NCBI GenBank assembly: GCA_036229005.1
Contig: JAZAMN010000059.1
Span: 64,001-128,000, forward strand
DNA from: Myxococcota bacterium
GTDB taxonomy: Bacteria > Myxococcota_A > UBA796 > CAJQPC01
Reading direction: 5' to 3'
Length of the DNA: 64,000 nucleotides
Numbering within the stretch: position 1 is the first letter of the stretch; the number at the start of each line of letters is the position of its first letter. Positions 47,627 through 57,750 of this stretch are shown here, in pieces. Both the position numbers and the translations under genes were made by a program. The notes beneath the pieces are model-generated. The model did not search any database. It saw nothing but the letters and a program-made list of their open reading frames with translations, and was not told where the DNA came from.

Positions 47627-49792
47627 TCAGACCAGGAAGAGCATCTCGCGGTACTTGGGCAGCGGCCAGCGGGCGTCGGCCACCAGGCCCTCCAGGCGAT
47701 CCACCACGGAGCGGGCGGCCTCCAGCGCGGGGACCACCTTCTCGGAGACCGCGCGGGTGTCGTGACCAGCCTCCTCGGCGGCCGCGTCGATGGCCTTCAT
47801 GGCGCCCTGCAGCTCGACCAGGGCGGTACCCAGGGCGATCAGGTGCTCCTTCTCGGGGCCATAGTCCAGGCCCAGCTCCTCGAGGCTCTCGGCGCCCTTG
47901 GCGACCTCGGCGCGCTCGGCGAGCACCACGGGGATGATCTGCTCGTTCACGATGAGCTTGAGGGTGTCGCGCTCGATGTCCACGGCGGTCAGGTACTGCT
48001 CGGTGTAGACGTTGAAGCGGCTGGCCACCTCGTCGCCGGAGAGCACGCCCTGCTTGGCGAAGAGCTCGACCACCTCGGCGAGCTGCAGCTCAGCCAGGGC
48101 CTCGGGGGTGGTGCGCAGGTTCTTGAGGCCACGCTTCTCGGCCTCGACCACCCACTCCTCGCTGTAGCCGTCGCCCTCGAAGCGCACGGGCGCGGACTCG
48201 ACCAGGGCCTTGCGGATGGCCTTGAATGCGGCGGCCTCGCCCCCCCCGAGCTCCGCGATCCACGCGGTGATCTGCTGCATGCCCTCAGCGACGATGGTGT
48301 TGAGCACCGTCACGGGCCAGGCGGGGTTCTGGGTGGAGCCCACCGCGCGCAGCTCGAACTTGTTGCCGGTGAAGGCCAGGGGGCTGGTGCGGTTGCGGTC
48401 GGTGTTGTCCTTGACCACGTTGGGCAGGGTCGCGACGCCCACGTCGAGCAGCGCCTGCTCGGGGGTGCGGGTGCCCAGCTCGCCCTCTGCGATCTGGTCG
48501 CAGATGCGGGTCAGGGTCTCGCCCAGGAAGACGGACATGATGGCCGGGGGGGCCTCGTTGGCGCCCAGGCGGAAGTCGTTGCTGTGGCTGGCGACGGCCG
48601 CGCGGAGCAAGCCACCGTAGCGCTGCACGCCCAGCAGGACGCTGGCCAGCACAGCCAGGAAGCGCAGGTTCTCCTGGGGCTGCTCGCCGGGCTCCAGCAG
48701 GTTCTCCCCGCCGGCGCTCATGGACCAGTTGTTGTGCTTGCCCGAGCCGTTGATGTTGGCGAAGGGCTTCTCGTGCAGCACCACCTTGAAGTCGTGGCGC
48801 AGCGCCACGCGCTTGAGCACCTCGGCGATCAGCTGGTTGTGATCGACGCCGACGTTGGCCTCGCGGAAGATGGGCGCCAGCTCGAACTGGCTGGGGGCCA
48901 CCTCGTTGTGGCGGGTCTTGGCGGGCACGCCCAGCAGGTAGAGCTCCTGCTCGACCTCCTGCATGAAGCTGGCCACGCGCGGCGGGATGGCGCCGAAGTA
49001 GTGGTCGTCCAGGCTCTGACCCTTGGGGGGGTTGGCGCCCACGACGGTGCGGCCGGCGATCGCCAGGTCAGGGCGCAGGGCCCAGTAGGCGCGGTCGATC
49101 AGGAAGTACTCCTGCTCACAGCCCAGGGTGCTCACCACGCGGATCGGCTCGCGGCCCAAGGCGCTCAGAAGGCCCCGGGCGGCCTTGTCGGCGGCGGCCA
49201 TGGAGCGCAGCAGCGGGGTCTTCTTGTCCAGCGCCTGGCCGGTGTAGCTGATGAACGCGCTGGGGATGCACAGGGTGGAGCCGCTCTCGCCCTCCATGAT
49301 GAACATGGGGCTGGAGGGGTCCCAGGCGGTGTAGCCGCGGGCCTCGAAGGTGGTGCGCACGCCGCCGCTGGGGAAGCTGGAGGCGTCGGGCTCGGACTGG
49401 ATCAGCATGGCGCCGGAGAAGCGCTCGATCGCGGTGTCCCCGCCGGTGAAGTCCAGGAAGCTGTCGTGCTTCTCGGCGGTGGCGCCGGTCATGGGCTGGA
49501 ACCAGTGGGTGAAGTGGGTCGCGCCCTGCTCCAGGGCCCACTCCTTGACCGCGTGGGCGACAGAGGTGGCGACCTCTTCGTCCAGAGTCGCGCCCTCCTC
49601 GATGACGGCCTTCACCTTCTTGAACACGGGCTTGGGCAGCTTGGACTGCATGACCTCCACAGAGAAGGTCTTCTGCCCAAAGAGCTTGGCGACCCCTTGC
49701 ACCCGCCCGTCCGGACCGACGGGGCGGTCGAGGACCCGGGGCTTCCTGGAGTTGGCGGTGGCGACAGCGGCAAAGCGAGCGGACGCGGGCAT
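47627..49792 (-). CDS. glnN: Glutamine synthetase type III
   Basis: THWFQPMTG.TAEKHD, EPDASSFP, ARGYTAWD, HNEVAP, LHEKPF..NGSGKH, RLGANEAPP, DRNRTSP. Confidence 0.95.
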   Translation of the reverse strand: MPASARFAAVATANSRKPRVLDRPVGPDGRVQGVAKLFGQKTFSVEVMQSKLPKPVFKKVKAVIEEGATLDEEVATSVAHAVKEWALEQGATHFTHWFQPMTGATAEKHDSFLDFTGGDTAIERFSGAMLIQSEPDASSFPSGGVRTTFEARGYTAWDPSSPMFIMEGESGSTLCIPSAFISYTGQALDKKTPLLRSMAAADKAARGLLSALGREPIRVVSTLGCEQEYFLIDRAYWALRPDLAIAGRTVVGANPPKGQSLDDHYFGAIPPRVASFMQEVEQELYLLGVPAKTRHNEVAPSQFELAPIFREANVGVDHNQLIAEVLKRVALRHDFKVVLHEKPFANINGSGKHNNWSMSAGGENLLEPGEQPQENLRFLAVLASVLLGVQRYGGLLRAAVASHSNDFRLGANEAPPAIMSVFLGETLTRICDQIAEGELGTRTPEQALLDVGVATLPNVVKDNTDRNRTSPLAFTGNKFELRAVGSTQNPAWPVTVLNTIVAEGMQQITAWIAELGGGEAAAFKAIRKALVESAPVRFEGDGYSEEWVVEAEKRGLKNLRTTPEALAELQLAEVVELFAKQGVLSGDEVASRFNVYTEQYLTAVDIERDTLKLIVNEQIIPVVLAERAEVAKGAESLEELGLDYGPEKEHLIALGTALVELQGAMKAIDAAAEEAGHDTRAVSEKVVPALEAARSVVDRLEGLVADARWPLPKYREMLFLV

Positions 49793-49949
49793 GTGTTCCT
49801 TCCGGTGTGGGGTCGTTCTCGGCTCGGTTCCAAGAGCCATGACAGGGCGTGTCTAGCCGGTCGCTGTGTGAACACCCGTGACGGTTGACCAACAGTCGCC
49901 CCCCTGCGTCACTGACTGGGCATACACGCAGACGCATAATCATGCACCT

Positions 49950-50663
49950 TCAGTCCACCACCAGAAAGGGCCCGAAGCTGCCCCGCTTGTGCCCCATGGT
50001 CCCCGACCTGGTCCTCAAAACCGACACCCCGCCGTCCAGGTAGAGCGCCTCACGACAGCCCAGCGCCGCGCTGGCGAACTCGGCCGCCGTATACAGACTC
50101 ACCGCGCGGTGGGAGATGAACAGCACCACCGTGTCCCCCTCCGACACACAGGCCCCATTCCGCGTGTACGTCGACGTCGACGCCGGGTTCAGCTCCGGGT
50201 GGATCCGCCCCTGGTGGACCAACAGCGGCCCGGACTGCGTCGCAAATCCGACACCCTCAGGCGGGCCCGCAGCCCACGCGGTCGACTCCACGATCCAGGC
50301 GCCGCCCGATCCCCACGCGAGCACCCCGTTGGGCTTGATGAAGAAGTTCCCGCCGCCCCCCGGCCCCAGCTCCAGCGGCGCGTGCTCCACGCCATCCTGG
50401 ATCAGCAGCCCCACCGGCCGCAGGTCCTTGAGGTACATCCCCGCGTTCATCGCCAGGGTGACCTCGCCGAGCTCCGCCAGCGTGTGGGGGTCCGTGGGCT
50501 CCCCGCCGGTCAAGCGGAGCGCCTGCTGGTCCAGCTCCACCCGGATCACCTCCCAGGCCTCCCCCTTGTGCTCCACCCGAAGCTGCGTGAGCCCCGGCAA
50601 GGAGCTGGCTTGGGAGGCGCTGCAAGACAGCATTCCCATCATCAGAGCAATCGTGGGTTGCAT
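49950..50663 (-). CDS. Phosphodiester glycosidase (NAGPA/YigE-like) lipoprotein
   Basis: AMNAGMY, GNFFIKPNGV, ATQSGPLLV, RNG, ALYLDGG. Confidence 0.85.
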   Translation of the reverse strand: MQPTIALMMGMLSCSASQASSLPGLTQLRVEHKGEAWEVIRVELDQQALRLTGGEPTDPHTLAELGEVTLAMNAGMYLKDLRPVGLLIQDGVEHAPLELGPGGGGNFFIKPNGVLAWGSGGAWIVESTAWAAGPPEGVGFATQSGPLLVHQGRIHPELNPASTSTYTRNGACVSEGDTVVLFISHRAVSLYTAAEFASAALGCREALYLDGGVSVLRTRSGTMGHKRGSFGPFLVVD

Positions 50664-50760
50664 CACACCTCCAGACTCCGGGCCCCAGCGAGGACACGCT
50701 GGCCCACTCGACACCGTTGCAGGCCCCGTGCCAGCCCCCCCCTTGCGCCCCGAGCTCGCG

Positions 50761-51050
50761 GCTACGCCCTCTCAGTGAGCGCCCGGGGGTAGCCAGGGCC
50801 TCTGAGTGAGCGCCCGCTGGAGGCTACGCCCCACCGGTGAGCGCTTTTGCCACCGTTTGGCGCCCGAGAGCCGCAGATCCGGCCCCAGACCCGCCAATTC
50901 AAGCCCAAATCGCCCAGATCGGTGGGCCGATCGCTCACTGAGCACCCCTGGCCTCAGCCGAGCGCTCACTGAGCCCCTCTAGCCTCAGTGCCCCGCTCAC
51001 TCAGACCCGGTAGCCGCCGCCCCCCGCTCACTCAGACCCGCTGGCCCCCC
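50761..51050. repeat. Degenerate inverted arrays with 31-bp period
   Basis: GTGAGCG at 50775,50806,50837; GCTCAC at 50933,50964,50995,51026. Confidence 0.8.
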
Positions 51051-51053
51051 GAC

Positions 51054-52403
51054 TCAGCGCCCCGTCACCGCCAGACGCCGCCGCAGCAGCGCCACGTCGG
51101 GCCCGTCGAGCTCGGCCCCCTCCAGCACCGCGGCCTGCCACTCCAGCACCTGCGCGGCGGCCTTCTTGCCCGCCTCCACACCCGGCTGGTGGTAGGCGTT
51201 GATCCCCGACCAGGTCGCGTAGAAGCCCACGGCCCGCTCGTAGAGGGCGATCAGGGCGCCCAGGGTCCGAGCGTCGACCCGCTCGACCTCCAGGGTGAGG
51301 CTCTGGCGGCCCGCCTCCCGCAGCGCCCGCCGGGTCCCCAGCAGGAAGCCCAGCAGGTAGTCGCCGATGCGCACGCCGGGCTCGACCTCCAGGTCCCCGA
51401 GCGCGCCGGCCCCCTCGTCCGAGAGCACGGCCACGAAGCTCACAAAGAAGTCGTCCGGCCCGTCTCGGAGCTGCTGTACGAACGCGTGCTGGTCGGTAGA
51501 GCCCTTGTTTCCGTACACGCTCAGGCCCACGCGCTGGCCGTCTTCGCGCTCCTTGCCCAGCGACTCCATCACGAGCTGCTGGAGGTAGCGAGAGAGCAGC
51601 AGCAGGCGGTCGCAGTAGGGCAGCATCACCATCGCGCGCGGGCGGCCGCTCTGCGCCGACCACCAGGCCTGGGCCAGCGCCAGGGCGGGGTTGCCGTGCT
51701 CGCCGCGGGTGCATCGGTCCATCTCGGCCGCCCCCTGAACGAAGGCCTCCCAGTCCAACCCGCACAGGGCCATGGGGAGCAGACCGACGGCCGCGTGCAG
51801 GCTGGTGCGCCCACCGACCCAATCCCACATGGGCACACGGGCGCGCCACCCCTGGGCCTCAGCGAGGACATCGAGCTTGGAGCCCACCCCGGTCACCGCG
51901 ATGGCGTGCTGCGCGAAGTCCAGCCCCGCCGCCGCGTAGGCCGCCTGCGTGGCCAGCATGCCGTTGCGGGTCTCCTTGGTGCCCCCCGACTTGGAGATCA
52001 CCAGCACCCCGGTGCGCTCCAGCGGCAGCCCGTCCAGCACCCGCGCCATGCCCACCGGATCGGTGTTGTCGATGAACGCGGCCTTGGCCCCCAGGGCATC
52101 CAGCACGAGCTGCGGCCCCAGCGCGGAGCCGCCGATCCCCACCATCAGCAGGTGTTCGAAGGGCCAGTCCGCGGCCAGCGCGCGGAGCTGCGCCCAGAGC
52201 GCGTGGATCTCCGCCCCCAGACCGTCGGGGGCCAGCTCAGGCGCCCGCAGCCAGTAGTGACCGACCCGTCGGCCCTCGTCCGGGTTCGCGATGGCCCCGG
52301 CCTCCAGCGCCCGCATGGCGACCAGCGCCCGCTCGGTGCTCTGGGGCGCAGCCGCGCCCATGTCGCAAAGGTCCAGGGCGATGCCCGCAGCCTCGACTCG
52401 CAT
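51054..52403 (-). CDS. pgi: Glucose-6-phosphate isomerase
   Basis: [42 protein letters not shown]. Confidence 0.93.
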   Translation of the reverse strand: MRVEAAGIALDLCDMGAAAPQSTERALVAMRALEAGAIANPDEGRRVGHYWLRAPELAPDGLGAEIHALWAQLRALAADWPFEHLLMVGIGGSALGPQLVLDALGAKAAFIDNTDPVGMARVLDGLPLERTGVLVISKSGGTKETRNGMLATQAAYAAAGLDFAQHAIAVTGVGSKLDVLAEAQGWRARVPMWDWVGGRTSLHAAVGLLPMALCGLDWEAFVQGAAEMDRCTRGEHGNPALALAQAWWSAQSGRPRAMVMLPYCDRLLLLSRYLQQLVMESLGKEREDGQRVGLSVYGNKGSTDQHAFVQQLRDGPDDFFVSFVAVLSDEGAGALGDLEVEPGVRIGDYLLGFLLGTRRALREAGRQSLTLEVERVDARTLGALIALYERAVGFYATWSGINAYHQPGVEAGKKAAAQVLEWQAAVLEGAELDGPDVALLRRRLAVTGR

Positions 52404-52404
52404 T

Positions 52405-53700
52405 TCAGGCCTCCACAAGCTCGATGCGCACCAGCTTCTTCACGTTGGCGCAAGCGCTCTGACCGTCCTCGGGCGGAACGAGCACACGGAAGGGCCCGCC
52501 CTTGTCCTCGGGCACGGGCGCCCCATCCACCGAGTGCAGCACCATCGCGTCCCCCAGCTCGCCCACCGGGGTGGGCCCGGAGACCATCCCGTCCGCCGCG
52601 ACCAGCACCACCTGGGCGCCCTCCATCGGGTGCAGCAGCCCCACGATCTCCCGCAGGTAGACGGCCTGCCCCGCCCGCTTGGGCACGCGCTCGGCGACGT
52701 CCGCGATCTGCCCCGGCAGGGCCGCGAGGCTCCAGCGGTTCAGGCGCGCCCGGTAGCTCCCCCCGTCGCTCAGCCGCAGCTCGCCCAGCACCGAAGGGTC
52801 TTCGCTGTAGCGGGCCGCATCCAGAGCCCCCAGCAGCCCGGTGGCCTCGCTTGCATCCCCCTTGACGATGACGTCGACCGCCGAGGTGCTGCGCAGCCCG
52901 GTGGGCCGGGCATGGACCTGGCCACCCGCCCGCTCCATCAGCGTCCACCCAAGGTCCGTGTGGAAGAGCCCCTTGACCCGCTCCGCGCCGCAGTCCGCGA
53001 GCACCGCCCGGAGCGCCTTCTGGTCGAACACCACCTCGGGCTCCCAGGTCTGGCTGGCGGCCGCGTAGCCCGCCGTGGACAGGCCCGGCTTGTGCACCCG
53101 GATGCCCGGCCCCTGTCGCCGCAGGTCGAAGAGCCCGGGGTCGACCTTGCCGGAGCGCGTCTCCACCACCGCCAGCCAGGGGGGGAAGTGGTCGGCCGTC
53201 GCCGCCTTGGCCGCCTCCAGCGTGTCCACGTCGCACTGGTCGCCAAAGTTCAGGATCAGCACGTCCGCCGCGTCGAGCTGCTCCAGGAGCAGCGCGGGGG
53301 CCAGGCCCTTGAGTCGCCGCGGGTCCAGCACCCCCACCACGGGCGCCAGCTCCAACTGAGCGGCCACCTTGGAGCGCGAGAGCGTGTCCAGGATGTCCGC
53401 CGGGCGGGCGAGCCCCGTGGCCTCGATGAAGATGCGGTCAGGGGGCGGCTCCTGAGCCAGCAACGCCTCGACCGAGGGGGCCAGGTCCTCGGGCGCCGTG
53501 CAGCACACGCAGCCGCCGGGGATCTCCTGGATGGTCGCCTTCCCCGAAAGCAGGGTCGCGTCGATCCGGGCTTCCCCGAAATCGTTCACCACCACCGCGC
53601 ATCGCTCCTGCTCCTGCCGGGTCTCAAGCTGGTTGAGCAACAGCGAGGTCTTCCCGCTGCCCAGGAATCCGGTGACGAGGTGAAGGGGCGTGCGGGCCAT
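52405..53700 (-). CDS. CobW/COG0523 metallochaperone GTPase with C-terminal extension
   Basis: [32 protein letters not shown]-terminal [14 protein letters not shown]. Confidence 0.85.
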   Translation of the reverse strand: MARTPLHLVTGFLGSGKTSLLLNQLETRQEQERCAVVVNDFGEARIDATLLSGKATIQEIPGGCVCCTAPEDLAPSVEALLAQEPPPDRIFIEATGLARPADILDTLSRSKVAAQLELAPVVGVLDPRRLKGLAPALLLEQLDAADVLILNFGDQCDVDTLEAAKAATADHFPPWLAVVETRSGKVDPGLFDLRRQGPGIRVHKPGLSTAGYAAASQTWEPEVVFDQKALRAVLADCGAERVKGLFHTDLGWTLMERAGGQVHARPTGLRSTSAVDVIVKGDASEATGLLGALDAARYSEDPSVLGELRLSDGGSYRARLNRWSLAALPGQIADVAERVPKRAGQAVYLREIVGLLHPMEGAQVVLVAADGMVSGPTPVGELGDAMVLHSVDGAPVPEDKGGPFRVLVPPEDGQSACANVKKLVRIELVEA

Positions 53701-53780
53701 GGGCTCTCCAGTCGGGGGGTGGACCTATCCGCCGCGCGCGGCGGTGCCAGCCTTGAGCCCCCGGAGCCCCCGCCTTGCGC

Positions 53781-54731
53781 CTACTTCACCGAGCGCAGGA
53801 GCTTGTTCACGTCCGACCAGCGCTTGCTGCTGGAGGAGGCGCCCAGGACGGAGACGACCACCCGCCGCCCACTGTCGAGCTCCACCACGCCGACAAAGCA
53901 GTAGCCCGCCGTGTCGGTGTACCCGGTCTTGCCAGCGAGGACCTGCAGGTCCCCTCTCCCAACCAGCCGGTCGGTGCTGTAGAGCAGGCGGTTGGGGCTG
54001 CCGTCGGCCTGCTCCAGCCACCAGCTCGGGGCGCTCGCCGCGATGCTCAAGGTGGGGTGCGCCGAGACCGCGACGGCGGCCTTGGCCATGTCCCGGGCGG
54101 TCGACAGGTTCTCGTCGTCCAGCCCCGAGGGCTCCGCCCAGCTCGAGCTCACCATGCCCAGGTCCGCGCTGACCTGATGCATGCGCTGGTTGAAGGCGTC
54201 CCAGTCCAGGCCGCTGGCCACCTGCACGCCGTAGGCGCCCCGGTTGTCGGAGCTCACCATCGCCGCGCCCAGCAGGTCGTAGCCCCGGTAGCACTCCCCC
54301 GTGGAGAGCTTGGAGTAGGCGCCGCTGCGGGTGGGGTAGAAGCGCGCGTCCACGCAGTAGGTGTCATCCAGCCCCCGGCCCTCGCTGGCCCAGGTCAGCC
54401 CGGTGGTCAGCTTGGTCAGGGACGCCACAGGCCGCAGGTTGTCCGCGCTCTCCGCGTGCAGCACCCGCCCCTCGTCCAGATCGAAGAGGAAGCTGGCCCG
54501 CGCGTTGATGCCGGAGACCGTCTCCTGCCCGGGCGCGTCCATCTCCGGGAGCACCTGCAGGGCCTGGGGTGCGGGGTGCCACGCCGGCGGGGTCCAGGGC
54601 AGCACCGTCGGCCGCTCGGGGAGGGCCTCCTGGGCGTCCACCGTGGGGACCAACGCCACCCCGATGCACGCCACCGACAGGACCGCCAACACCGCTGCTG
54701 CCCGCGCACGCAAGGCCTTCTTCTCACCCAT
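53781..54731 (-). CDS. D-Ala-D-Ala peptidase (family S11, PbpG-like)
   Basis: ASLTKL (SxxK), SSDN (SxN), KTG. Confidence 0.88.
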   Translation of the reverse strand: MGEKKALRARAAAVLAVLSVACIGVALVPTVDAQEALPERPTVLPWTPPAWHPAPQALQVLPEMDAPGQETVSGINARASFLFDLDEGRVLHAESADNLRPVASLTKLTTGLTWASEGRGLDDTYCVDARFYPTRSGAYSKLSTGECYRGYDLLGAAMVSSDNRGAYGVQVASGLDWDAFNQRMHQVSADLGMVSSSWAEPSGLDDENLSTARDMAKAAVAVSAHPTLSIAASAPSWWLEQADGSPNRLLYSTDRLVGRGDLQVLAGKTGYTDTAGYCFVGVVELDSGRRVVVSVLGASSSSKRWSDVNKLLRSVK

Positions 54732-54865
54732 TCCTGGTGCCTCCAGGCGCCCAGAGGATCCCGTTTCTGTTGACTTGTCAAGAAGCAAGTGAAACAAGCC
54801 TCTGAGGGAGCACCCCAGCGCCCCTTTGCCTGGACGCCCAAAGCCCCCGCGACTAGAGACCCCAG

Positions 54866-55483
54866 ATGCCCACCCTGTCCCTCTCGCTGCTGCTCGCCTG
54901 TGGCCCAGACATGGCGCCCCAGGACACCGGCGATCTGCCCGCGGACCTGGCCCCGCTCCTCAAGAACACGGCCGACTACCCCGCTGACCAGGCCGAGACC
55001 CTCAACCTGGAGCTGGGCGAAGAGTCCGACTACGACTGGGTCCACGGCAAGGGCTACCTGCACGCCGATCTGCAGAGCTCCTGGGCCGCGATGCAGGAGC
55101 CCCTGGTCCTGCTGGACCGCCGCAAGGTCAGCGAGTGGTCCGTGGAGTGGGACACCCGCCCCCAGTACGCGGTCTCCCACACCACCCACAACGTCGTCCC
55201 GGACATCGTGACCATCGAGTTCGACATGGACTGGTGGCAGGACGAAGTCTCGGATGGACGAGTGGCTGGTCGCTACGAGAAGACCGAGGGCACACCCTTC
55301 ATCACCTCGATGGCCGGTGGCTTCTTGCTGATCCCGATCAGCGAGGAGATCACGGCCATCGAGATCATCGGCACCCTGGACGCCGCCCAGCGCGGCCCCG
55401 AGCCCGTGGCCGAGTACTGGACCGACGTGTACGCCGACGCCGTGGCCACCGTGCACGGGGAAGATCTGCCCGAACTGGACTGA
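54866..55483 (+). CDS. Hypothetical lipoprotein
   Basis: LLLAC lipobox; 205 aa, acidic. Confidence 0.65.
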   Translation: MPTLSLSLLLACGPDMAPQDTGDLPADLAPLLKNTADYPADQAETLNLELGEESDYDWVHGKGYLHADLQSSWAAMQEPLVLLDRRKVSEWSVEWDTRPQYAVSHTTHNVVPDIVTIEFDMDWWQDEVSDGRVAGRYEKTEGTPFITSMAGGFLLIPISEEITAIEIIGTLDAAQRGPEPVAEYWTDVYADAVATVHGEDLPELD

Positions 55484-55552
55484 TCCGGGGATGCTGGGTT
55501 ACACGCCCGGGTCCCGCGACCCTGGTCGCCCACGAACCCCATGGAGAGTCCC

Positions 55553-55684
55553 ATGCCCAAGTCCGCGTCTGCCCGTCACCGCGCCAAGCTCAAGGCCAAG
55601 AAGCGCAAGGAGCGTATGCGCAAGAGCGGCGCCCTGCGCGTGCGCAAGCCCGGTGGCCGTATGAAGAAGACCAACCGCAAGTAG
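55553..55684 (+). CDS. Small highly basic protein (43 aa)
   Basis: Translated by hand: MPKSASARHRAKLKAKKRKERMRKSGALRVRKPGGRMKKTNRK*; GGAG SD; below the ORF-track cutoff. Confidence 0.75.
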   Translation: MPKSASARHRAKLKAKKRKERMRKSGALRVRKPGGRMKKTNRK

Positions 55685-55714
55685 AGCAGTGCTACCCTCC
55701 GATCCGGAGGATTC

Positions 55715-56035
55715 ATGCACATCTGCAACCACTGCGGATCCCCGGCTCCGGCCGGCAACGACTGCCCCCACTGCTCGGCTCGGCTGGCCTCCAGCCCCAA
55801 GCCGGTGCTGCTGGGGGCAGCGGCGCTCCTTGGGCTCAGCCTCACAGCCTGCACCGGCATCGGCGAGCCCGCGGCGCTCTACGGCGCCCCCGACAGCGGC
55901 TGGATCGACAGCGACGGCGACGGCACCCGCGATCGCCAGGACTGCGCCCCCGAAGACGCCGAGGTCTACCCGGGCGCCCCGGAGACCGCCGACGACGGCG
56001 TCGACTCCAACTGTGACGGTGAAGACAACACCTGA
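55715..56035 (+). CDS. Small protein: N-terminal CxxC..CxxC ribbon, TM/lipobox, C-terminal MopE-like metal-binding motif
   Basis: CNHC..CPHC; LSLTAC; DCAPEDAEVYPGAPETADDGVDSNCDG; GGAGG SD. Confidence 0.75.
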   Translation: MHICNHCGSPAPAGNDCPHCSARLASSPKPVLLGAAALLGLSLTACTGIGEPAALYGAPDSGWIDSDGDGTRDRQDCAPEDAEVYPGAPETADDGVDSNCDGEDNT

Positions 56036-56122
56036 GCCCGATCCTGCGCCGGCGCAGCCTCCCGCCTTGCTCGCGCCCCTCTGGTGGATATGGATCCATT
56101 CCAGATCAAGCAGGAGAAACAC

Positions 56123-56599
56123 ATGGACAACGGACTGTCCCCCGACACCCGCCGCGCCCTGGCCCAGGGCCTCTCTACCGTCCTCGCGGACACCTACACC
56201 CTCTACCTCAAGACGCACAACTTCCACTGGAACGTGACCGGTCCCATGTTCCAGACCCTGCACGTGCTCTTCGAGACCCAGTACACCGAGCAGTGGGCCG
56301 CCGTGGACCAGCTCGCCGAGCGCATCCGCGCCCTGGGCTACCCCGCCCCCGGCTCCTACGCGCAGTTCGCCGCCCTGACCTCCATCGCCGAGGCCGACGG
56401 GGTCCCCGCCGCGCCCGAGATGATCAAGCAGCTCGCCGCTGGCCAGGACGCCGTCTGCCGCTCCGCCCGCGCCGTGGTGTCCATCGCCGAAGAGGCCGGT
56501 GACGTGGTCTCCGCCGACCTGCTCACCCAGCGCCTGACCGTGCACGAGAAGAACGCCTGGATGCTGCGCAGCCTGCTCGAGGACCACGGTGCAGCCTGA
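56123..56599 (+). CDS. dps: Dps ferritin-like DNA protection protein
   Basis: KTHNFHWNVTGP.F..LH, AERIRALG, HEKNAWML; AGGAG SD. Confidence 0.95.
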   Translation: MDNGLSPDTRRALAQGLSTVLADTYTLYLKTHNFHWNVTGPMFQTLHVLFETQYTEQWAAVDQLAERIRALGYPAPGSYAQFAALTSIAEADGVPAAPEMIKQLAAGQDAVCRSARAVVSIAEEAGDVVSADLLTQRLTVHEKNAWMLRSLLEDHGAA

Positions 56600-57239
56600 G
56601 TTCTGGCACGAGCGCTGGCAGACCCAGACCATCGGCTTCCACCAGGACAAGGTGCACCCCGACCTGGAGTGCTTCTCCCCCCGCGGTCAGGACGGCCGCG
56701 TCTGCCGCATCCTGGTGCCCCTGTGCGGCAAGAGCTGGGACGTCCCCCACCTGGCCGCCAGCGGCCACCAGGTCGTAGGCGTGGAGCTCTCCCCCCTCGC
56801 CGCCAAGGCCATGATCCAGGAGCACAAGCTCCAGGTCCAGGAGAGCCAGCGGGGCCCCTTCCAGATCTTCCACAACGACTCCCTGGAGCTGCGGGTCGGC
56901 AACGTCTTCGATCTCGACGCCAGCGAGGACTTCGACGCCGTCTGGGACCGGGCCGCCCTGGTGGCCCTCAACCCCGAGCAGCGCGTCCGCTACGCCGCCC
57001 TGCTCACCAAGCTGCTGCGCCCCGGCGGCCAGATGCTGCTCAACGTGTTCGAGTACGACCAGGACAAGATGTCCGGCCCGCCCCACTCCGTCCCCTTGGA
57101 CGAGGTCAAGACCCACTACGCCGAGCACTTTGAGATCGAGGTCCTCCGCGAGGACGACATCCTGGAGCAGTCCCCCAAGTTCCGCGAGCGCGGCCTGGAC
57201 CGGCTGCTGGGCCGCCTCATCCACCTGACGCGCCGATAG
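56589..57239 (+). CDS. tpm: Thiopurine S-methyltransferase
   Basis: FWHERW..IGFH, LVPLCGKS.D, GVELS, WDRAALVAL, GPP. Confidence 0.92.
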   Translation: MQPEFWHERWQTQTIGFHQDKVHPDLECFSPRGQDGRVCRILVPLCGKSWDVPHLAASGHQVVGVELSPLAAKAMIQEHKLQVQESQRGPFQIFHNDSLELRVGNVFDLDASEDFDAVWDRAALVALNPEQRVRYAALLTKLLRPGGQMLLNVFEYDQDKMSGPPHSVPLDEVKTHYAEHFEIEVLREDDILEQSPKFRERGLDRLLGRLIHLTRR

Positions 57240-57269
57240 GGCCTCGCCGCCCGGGTTAGGGGGTGCCGA

Positions 57270-57716
57270 ATGCAGCTCCCCGCCTGGCTCAACCAACCCT
57301 GGCTGGCCTCCATCCTGGGGGCCCCCAGGGCCACCCGCGCCATCACCGGCCTGGCCGCCCTGCAGCTCGGCGCTGAGCTGGCGGGGCTCTCCTTCTGGGG
57401 CTGCCCCAGCCGCCTGGCCTTTGGATTTCCTTGTCCGGGCTGCGGCCTCACCCGCGCCAGCGAGGCCCTGCTCCACGGGCACTGGTCCCAGGCCATGCAC
57501 CTGCACGCCTACGCGCCCGTGCTGCTGCTGCTCCTCCTCCTCATCGCAGTGGCGGCCGTGCTCCCAGTCCGCCAGCGGCAGACCCTCGCGGACCGCGTGG
57601 CGGCATGGGAGCAGAAAACTGCATTTTCCACCTTGCTCGCGCTGGGGCTGGTGGCGTACTACGTCACGCGCCTGGCCATGGGTCCTCGCGAACTGCAGAC
57701 CCTGCTGGCCGGCTGA
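57270..57716 (+). CDS. DUF2752-family membrane protein
   Basis: CP..FGFPCPGCGLTRA..LLHG.W..A. Confidence 0.85.
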   Translation: MQLPAWLNQPWLASILGAPRATRAITGLAALQLGAELAGLSFWGCPSRLAFGFPCPGCGLTRASEALLHGHWSQAMHLHAYAPVLLLLLLLIAVAAVLPVRQRQTLADRVAAWEQKTAFSTLLALGLVAYYVTRLAMGPRELQTLLAG

Positions 57717-57750
57717 GCCACACCCCAAGTTCCCCTCCCAGGAGTCACAC

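Noticed and set aside
49800..49950. Sigma54 promoter or NtrC box upstream of GSIII
   Set aside because: Only GG-N10-GC and TGC-N12-GCA were found; no TGGCAC/TTGC consensus and the spacing is wrong for NtrC
54770..54781. TTGACTTGTCAA palindrome between divergent genes (also CTTACC-N3-GGTAAG at 20091-20105)
   Set aside because: Too short to distinguish from chance without comparative data
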